Positions 40,810 to 45,744 of a stretch of DNA of 45,744 nucleotides are shown here, piece by piece. Both the position numbers and the translations under genes were made by a program. Numbering within the stretch: position 1 is the first letter of the stretch; each line of letters starts with the position of its first letter. Under the pieces are notes generated by a model. That model was not told where the DNA came from and searched no databases. It saw only the letters and a program-made list of their open reading frames with translations. Source of the DNA: Coleofasciculus sp. B1-GNL1-01 (GTDB lineage Bacteria; Cyanobacteriota; Cyanobacteriia; Cyanobacteriales; Coleofasciculaceae); the NCBI GenBank assembly GCA_040220235.1, contig JAVJTO010000091.1; one strand, written 5' to 3'.

Positions 40810-41979
40810 ATGACAACCAATCCTTATGCTTGGTTAGAAGACTCTCTTTCTACTATCCACAAAGCCAACTGGTATCGTTCAGTGCAAACGCTGCAAAATC
40901 GCCCCGGTGCGATGGTAAAACTGGAAGGGCAAGAAGTGATTAATTTTGCCAGTAATGATTATTTAGGATTGGCGGGAGATGAACGTTTAATTGAAGCGGC
41001 GATTAAAGCAACTCAGCATTATGGTACAGGTAGCACCGGTTCTCGGTTACTCAGTGGACATCGGGAATTGCATCGAGAATTAGAATGTGCGATCGCATCC
41101 CTGAAACAAACCGAAGATGCATTAGTGTTTAGTTCGGGCTACCTGGCGAATTTAGGTGCGATCGTGGCTTTAGTGGGAAAGCGAGATTTGATTCTGGCAG
41201 ATCAGTATAATCACTCTAGCCTCAAGAATGGGGCAATTTTAAGTGGTGCGACGGTAATCAACTATAGCCACAGGGATATGGAAGATTTAAAGCATCAATT
41301 GGTTCACCATCGCCACAATTACCGCCGTTGTCTCATTGCGACTGATAGCGTTTTTAGTATGGATGGGGATTTATGTCCGTTGCCAGATATTCTCTCACTA
41401 GCGGATCAATTTAACAGCATGGTACTCGTTGATGAAGCCCATGCGACGGGGGTTTTAGGCGTCACTGGTGCAGGTTGTTTGGAACATTTTGGCTGTACGG
41501 AATACCCCTTAATTCAAATGGGAACATTGAGTAAAGCATTGGGGAGTTTGGGGGGATATATTGCAGGTTCAGCGACTCTAATTGATTTCTTGAGAAATCG
41601 CGCCCCTAGCTGGATTTATACTACTGGATTATCTCCGGCTGATACGGCGGCGGCGTTAACGGCGATTGAAATTATCCAAAAAGAACCGCAACGTCGCGCT
41701 AGACTTTGGCAGAATGTCGAAATGCTCAAGTCTTTGATTCAGCAAACGTTATCTGGGCTGAATATATTACCATCTGAATCTCCAATTCTGTGCCTTCAAT
41801 GTCCTAATGTCGAAGATGTTTTGAATATGGCACAACAGCTAAAAACGGCAGGTATTTTTGCCCCAGCTATTCGTCCGCCTACTGTCCCCACAAGTCGAAT
41901 TCGCATTTCTGTCATGGCAACTCATGAACCGACTCACTTGCAGTTATTGGTGACATCACTGCTGCGGGGGTTGGTTTAA
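40810..41979 (+). CDS. bioF: 8-amino-7-oxononanoate synthase
   Basis: [35 protein letters not shown] and AIRPPTVP. Confidence 0.95.
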   Translation: MTTNPYAWLEDSLSTIHKANWYRSVQTLQNRPGAMVKLEGQEVINFASNDYLGLAGDERLIEAAIKATQHYGTGSTGSRLLSGHRELHRELECAIASLKQTEDALVFSSGYLANLGAIVALVGKRDLILADQYNHSSLKNGAILSGATVINYSHRDMEDLKHQLVHHRHNYRRCLIATDSVFSMDGDLCPLPDILSLADQFNSMVLVDEAHATGVLGVTGAGCLEHFGCTEYPLIQMGTLSKALGSLGGYIAGSATLIDFLRNRAPSWIYTTGLSPADTAAALTAIEIIQKEPQRRARLWQNVEMLKSLIQQTLSGLNILPSESPILCLQCPNVEDVLNMAQQLKTAGIFAPAIRPPTVPTSRIRISVMATHEPTHLQLLVTSLLRGLV

Positions 41980-42237
41980 TGATATAACATTTCACGGGAA
42001 GTCTAGAACCCTGATTCGGGGCGGGTTTAGTCACATCTGGGTGTAACCCAAAAGATGGTCGTGAAACATCCGTGTCAATTTAAGCTCAACCCCTCACCCC
42101 CAGCCCCTCTCCCAAGTTTGGGAGAGGGGAGTAAGAGGGGAGTAAGAGAATCAGAGCCCCCTTCTCCCGTGCAACAAAAGCTCTCGCATCCTCCCCTACA
42201 GAATTTTATTATCTTAACCTTAATGTGTAGTGCTATA

Positions 42238-42930
42238 TTACTCAGACTCAGCATTTTCTGGTTCAAATTTAACCTTGTTGTACGCATCAGTTAAGGAAAT
42301 TTCAAAATCGATTGAGGAGAACGCGATCGCCTGATCGGATTCGTCATATTCGCGCAATGACCATTGTTTAGCGTCTATCTTAGAAAAATGTTCTACATAT
42401 CGTTGAGTTTGATCCAGGAGTAAATATTCCTGAAAACTGGGAATTGTGCGGTAAGCCTGAAAGTTGTCACTACAGTCATACCCTTGGGTTGATTTTGATA
42501 AAATCTCGATAATAACCTGAGGATTCGTGATTGTGTCGGTGCGGTTATTATAATAGTCGGGTTCTCCTGAAATAACCATGACATCGGGATAGGTGTAGAT
42601 CCGTCTTTTCGGTATCCACAGACGCACATCACTCATGAAAACGTCATACTCTTGGGTTTTAAACGCAAAATTCCGTGCCGCATAAAGATTGCCAGCTATC
42701 CGATTGTGATTGGTAGATCCACCTGCCATGGCATAAATTTGACCGTCAATGTACTCGCTTTTATAGTCGGCTGCTTCCTCCAGGATTAGGTATTCCTCTG
42801 GAGTGTATAGCCCTACGGGGATACGTTAGGACATTCCCCTGTTGCCTATTGCCTGTTGCCTGTTGCCTTTTCACCCAATTGTATTGTCCTAACCTTAATG
42901 CGTAGTGCTATAGTATCGCTGTTCAGGGGG
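42238..42930 (-). pseudogene. Uma2-family endonuclease interrupted near its N-terminus by a MITE
   Basis: Frame continues upstream of 42729 as YTPEEYLILEEAADYKSEYIDGQIYAMAGG. Removing 42808-42912 rejoins PEQRY-YTPEEY. Confidence 0.8.
42806..42912. mobile_element. MITE family A (107 bp) with internal heptamer repeats
   Basis: TATAGCCCTACG..GTTAGGACA / TGTCCTAAC..CGTAGTGCTATA; TA duplicated at both ends. Confidence 0.82.
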
Positions 42931-43173
42931 TAAAGGTGCGTTACGCTACGCTAACGCACCCTACGAGTCTTTACCTCCTTAACGGTTAAATAATGACGAA
43001 TGACAAATGACAAATGACAAATGACGAATGACGAATGACAGACTTACTGGAAAGTCGATGAGAACTCGATAAGAACTCAAAGAACTCCATCGCGAACTCA
43101 AATCACCACCAGGTTTAATAGCAATTAGCAAGAGAAAACCCTTGCTATTAACCGAGTTCACGAGGACATTCAT

Positions 43174-43686
43174 GTGTTATCCCAAGTTTTGGCACAGGCG
43201 ACAACTCAATCAACGTTTCGGATTACTCCACCTATATTTTGGCTGATTGTAGGTGTTCTACTTTGCCTAGTTGAATTCCTTATTCCCAAATCTTGGGCGA
43301 AGCGATTCCGGTTTATTGCCCTGATGATGGGTGTAGGTGCGCTACTTGTCTCATTTATTGTATGGCAGGGCGCGATCGCACTGGGGTTTGAGTGGCAATT
43401 CCTAATGTATGACGGGTTTAGCTTACAGGTGATGTATTGGATGGGATTATCCTTTGCGTTTGCCATCTGGTTGCGCCCTATATTGATTCGGCGTCCTAAA
43501 TATACTATCCCAGAGGCGACTCAAGCCCAGGTGTTAACCGAGATATTACCCGGAGAAACGGGACGAGTGATGTATGAGGGTTCCTCTTGGCAAGCCTGTT
43601 GTGCCGATCCCCAGCTTGCGATCGCACCTAACCAAACGGTTTATGTGGTGCGGCGAGAGGATAATACCTTGATTGTCATGCCATGA
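43174..43686 (+). CDS. NfeD-family membrane protein
   Basis: WLIVG..LCLVE TM region and EILPGETGRVMYEGSSWQA OB-fold; the start codon is uncertain. Confidence 0.85.
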   Translation: MLSQVLAQATTQSTFRITPPIFWLIVGVLLCLVEFLIPKSWAKRFRFIALMMGVGALLVSFIVWQGAIALGFEWQFLMYDGFSLQVMYWMGLSFAFAIWLRPILIRRPKYTIPEATQAQVLTEILPGETGRVMYEGSSWQACCADPQLAIAPNQTVYVVRREDNTLIVMP

Positions 43687-44278
43687 GTTAGTCCTTCGTC
43701 TTATGTCATTCGTCCTTCTATTTGAAAATAGTCAGATGTTCACATTGCTGTTAATGCAGACAGAAGTGAATCGCATTGATGCCCAAACAATTCTGGCACA
43801 AGCGACTACGAAGTCAGCATTTATTCCTCATCCATCCTTGTTCTGGTTAGGTAGTGGTGTTGTACTTTGCCTACTGGAGTTGTTTCTGCCAAACGCCTTC
43901 AGCAAAAAGTTCAGACTTGTGCCTCTGTCGATGGGAATTATTTCCCTAATCATAGCGTTTAGCTTGTTTAGAATGACAAGATTTATCGCATTTCGCTGGC
44001 AGGTAACTTACTGGATGGTACTGTCTACAGCCTCGGTTATCTGGATACGTCCGATGTTGCTCAAGCGGAAAAAATTTAAAGTTCCAGAAGCAACGGAAGC
44101 CAAAACATTAACGGAAATTTCACCAGGAGAAACCGGACGAGTTCTCTATGAAGGCAGTTCTTGGGCAGGGCGTTGTCAAGAACGGCAAATGAGTATTCCT
44201 GCAAATCAAACCGTTTATGTTGTCGGACAAGATGATAACACATTAATTGTTTTGCCGGAACATTTATTTCGAGCGTAA
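43673..44278 (+). CDS. NfeD-family membrane protein (true start probably 43737 or later)
   Basis: EISPGETGRVLYEGSSWAG...VYVV...NTLIVLP; paralogue of the upstream gene. Confidence 0.8.
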   Translation: MSCHELVLRLMSFVLLFENSQMFTLLLMQTEVNRIDAQTILAQATTKSAFIPHPSLFWLGSGVVLCLLELFLPNAFSKKFRLVPLSMGIISLIIAFSLFRMTRFIAFRWQVTYWMVLSTASVIWIRPMLLKRKKFKVPEATEAKTLTEISPGETGRVLYEGSSWAGRCQERQMSIPANQTVYVVGQDDNTLIVLPEHLFRA

Positions 44279-44379
44279 TGGGTTCCTTGTCCGTGGTATT
44301 CACAAACCATCAAGCCTGTACCATTTAATGGCTAATCGGTTCACATTCAAGCAAATTGAATCTCAAGAGGAGAATTAAA

Positions 44380-45321
44380 ATGTATCAGTGGTTGTTTATG
44401 GCATTTATCGCATTAACCGGGACGACTTTAGCCGGGAGTGTCAAAATTATTAAGCAAGGGGAAGAGGCGTTAGTTGAAACTCTGGGTCGATATGATGGTA
44501 AAAAATTAGAACCTGGTTTAAACTTCGTCATTCCGTTTTTAGATCAGATTGCTTGTATGGAAACGATTCGGGAACAAGTTTTAGAGATTCCGCCTCAAAA
44601 TTGCATTACTCGTGACAATGTATCAATTAGTGTAGATGCTGTTGTCTATTGGCGGGTCATTAATTTGGAAAAATCCTATTACAAAGTTCAGAATCTGCAA
44701 GCCGCCATGGTGAATTTAGTATTAACCCAAATTCGCTCAGAAATGGGGAAACTTGAATTGAACCAAACCTTTACCGCCCGCACTGAAGTGAATGAAATGC
44801 TATTGCGGGAATTAGATATTGCCACAGCACCGTGGGGAGTCAAGGTAACGCGGGTAGAATTGCGGGATATTGTTCCATCTAAAACCGTGCAAGGGGCGAT
44901 GGAATTACAGATGTCAGCGGAACGGAAAAAACAGGCGGCAATTCTGACATCAGAAGGAGAACGAGAAGCCGTCGTTAATAGTGCCAGAGGGGAAGCAGAG
45001 GCACAAATCATTGAGGCAGAAGCCCGTCAACGAGCCGCTATTTTAGAGGCGGAAGCGCAACAAAAGCAGCAAGTTCTCAAGGCGCAAGGGACAGCCGCCG
45101 CGATGGATATTCTTGGCAAAAAGTTAAACGCTGCTCCCTCATCAGCCCAAGCACTACAGTTTTTATTGGCACAAAACTATTTGGATATGGGAATAAAAAT
45201 TGGTAGTAGTAACAGCAGCAAGATCATGTTTATGGACCCGCGCACGATTCCAGCGACGTTAGATGGGATTGGTTCGATAATCACAGAGGAGAGTAATGGA
45301 GAGTTAAGTAAGTTGGCTTAG
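44380..45321 (+). CDS. SPFH/band-7 (stomatin/paraslipin-like) protein; start at ATG 44380
   Basis: [38 protein letters not shown] and [10 protein letters not shown]. Confidence 0.92.
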   Translation: MYQWLFMAFIALTGTTLAGSVKIIKQGEEALVETLGRYDGKKLEPGLNFVIPFLDQIACMETIREQVLEIPPQNCITRDNVSISVDAVVYWRVINLEKSYYKVQNLQAAMVNLVLTQIRSEMGKLELNQTFTARTEVNEMLLRELDIATAPWGVKVTRVELRDIVPSKTVQGAMELQMSAERKKQAAILTSEGEREAVVNSARGEAEAQIIEAEARQRAAILEAEAQQKQQVLKAQGTAAAMDILGKKLNAAPSSAQALQFLLAQNYLDMGIKIGSSNSSKIMFMDPRTIPATLDGIGSIITEESNGELSKLA

Positions 45322-45604
45322 AATTAATTTCATCGGGTGCGTTAGCGAAGCGTAACGCACCTAAAATGCTGATTTGTTGTCGTCCTTACCAGAAACCGGG
45401 GTTCTGGGAATCTGATCGGTGTAAAGTACGGAGTTTAGTCAGTTTTCAATGTATGCGATCGCGTATTGCTGGATGTAGAAAGCCACTCAAATTTTCTGTT
45501 TGTTGCTTGTCGCTTGTGTCGGCTAAGTTTAAGAGATTCTATCTTCATGGCTTTTACAGATATAATTTTTTTGAATTAAACTACGCGCTATTAAGATGAG
45601 GAAC

Positions 45605-45744
45605 TATAGCAGCCCTAAATAGGTCGCAACAGATATAATAGTAATAATACATCCCTAGGAAAAGGACACAAAATGAACATTATAGATGAATTAGCTAATT
45701 TTATCAATCAGACAAAAGAGTCCAAAGAAATTAAGAGGGCTTTG
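45605..45744 (+). mobile_element. Left end of an IS630-like element (transposase ORF starts at 45673, truncated by the window)
   Basis: TATAGCAGCCCTAAATAGG terminal sequence, then MNIIDELANFINQTKESKEIKRAL, which resembles IS630 HTH N-termini. Confidence 0.55.

Noticed and set aside
1..45744. tRNA, rRNA, reverse transcriptase/retron or DGR components
   Set aside because: No recognisable motifs by eye; a covariance-model scan would be needed to exclude small RNAs.

Overview
Chromosomal window from a filamentous cyanobacterium. Support: abundant HIP1 GCGATCGC, STRR heptamer repeats, apcD, pmgA and sufR; a Coleofasciculus/Microcoleus-like host is only a guess. The left half (1-20 kb) is accessory. 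A type IV pilin locus (SAM methyltransferase, pilin, SPINDLY-type O-GlcNAc transferase, AT-rich glycosyl/methyltransferases, TPR protein) is bracketed by two separate arrays of toxin-antitoxin/nuclease cassettes. In each array the unrelated cassettes are separated by copies of an array-specific, HIP1-rich, 200-490 bp spacer (one copy partial). This looks like an integron-style cassette architecture, but no integrase or attC site is visible; it is the main candidate for an undescribed system. The right half is mostly housekeeping (apcD, rlmD, pmgA, asnS, sufR/sufBCDS, bioF, nfeD-nfeD-SPFH). It also holds a decayed AT-rich island with two adjacent membrane-protein genes sharing an amyloid-signalling-like N-terminal motif, several TA-flanked MITEs (two interrupt genes), and the start of an IS630-like element at the right edge. 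All calls come from reading the sequence and ORF translations by eye; no searches were run.
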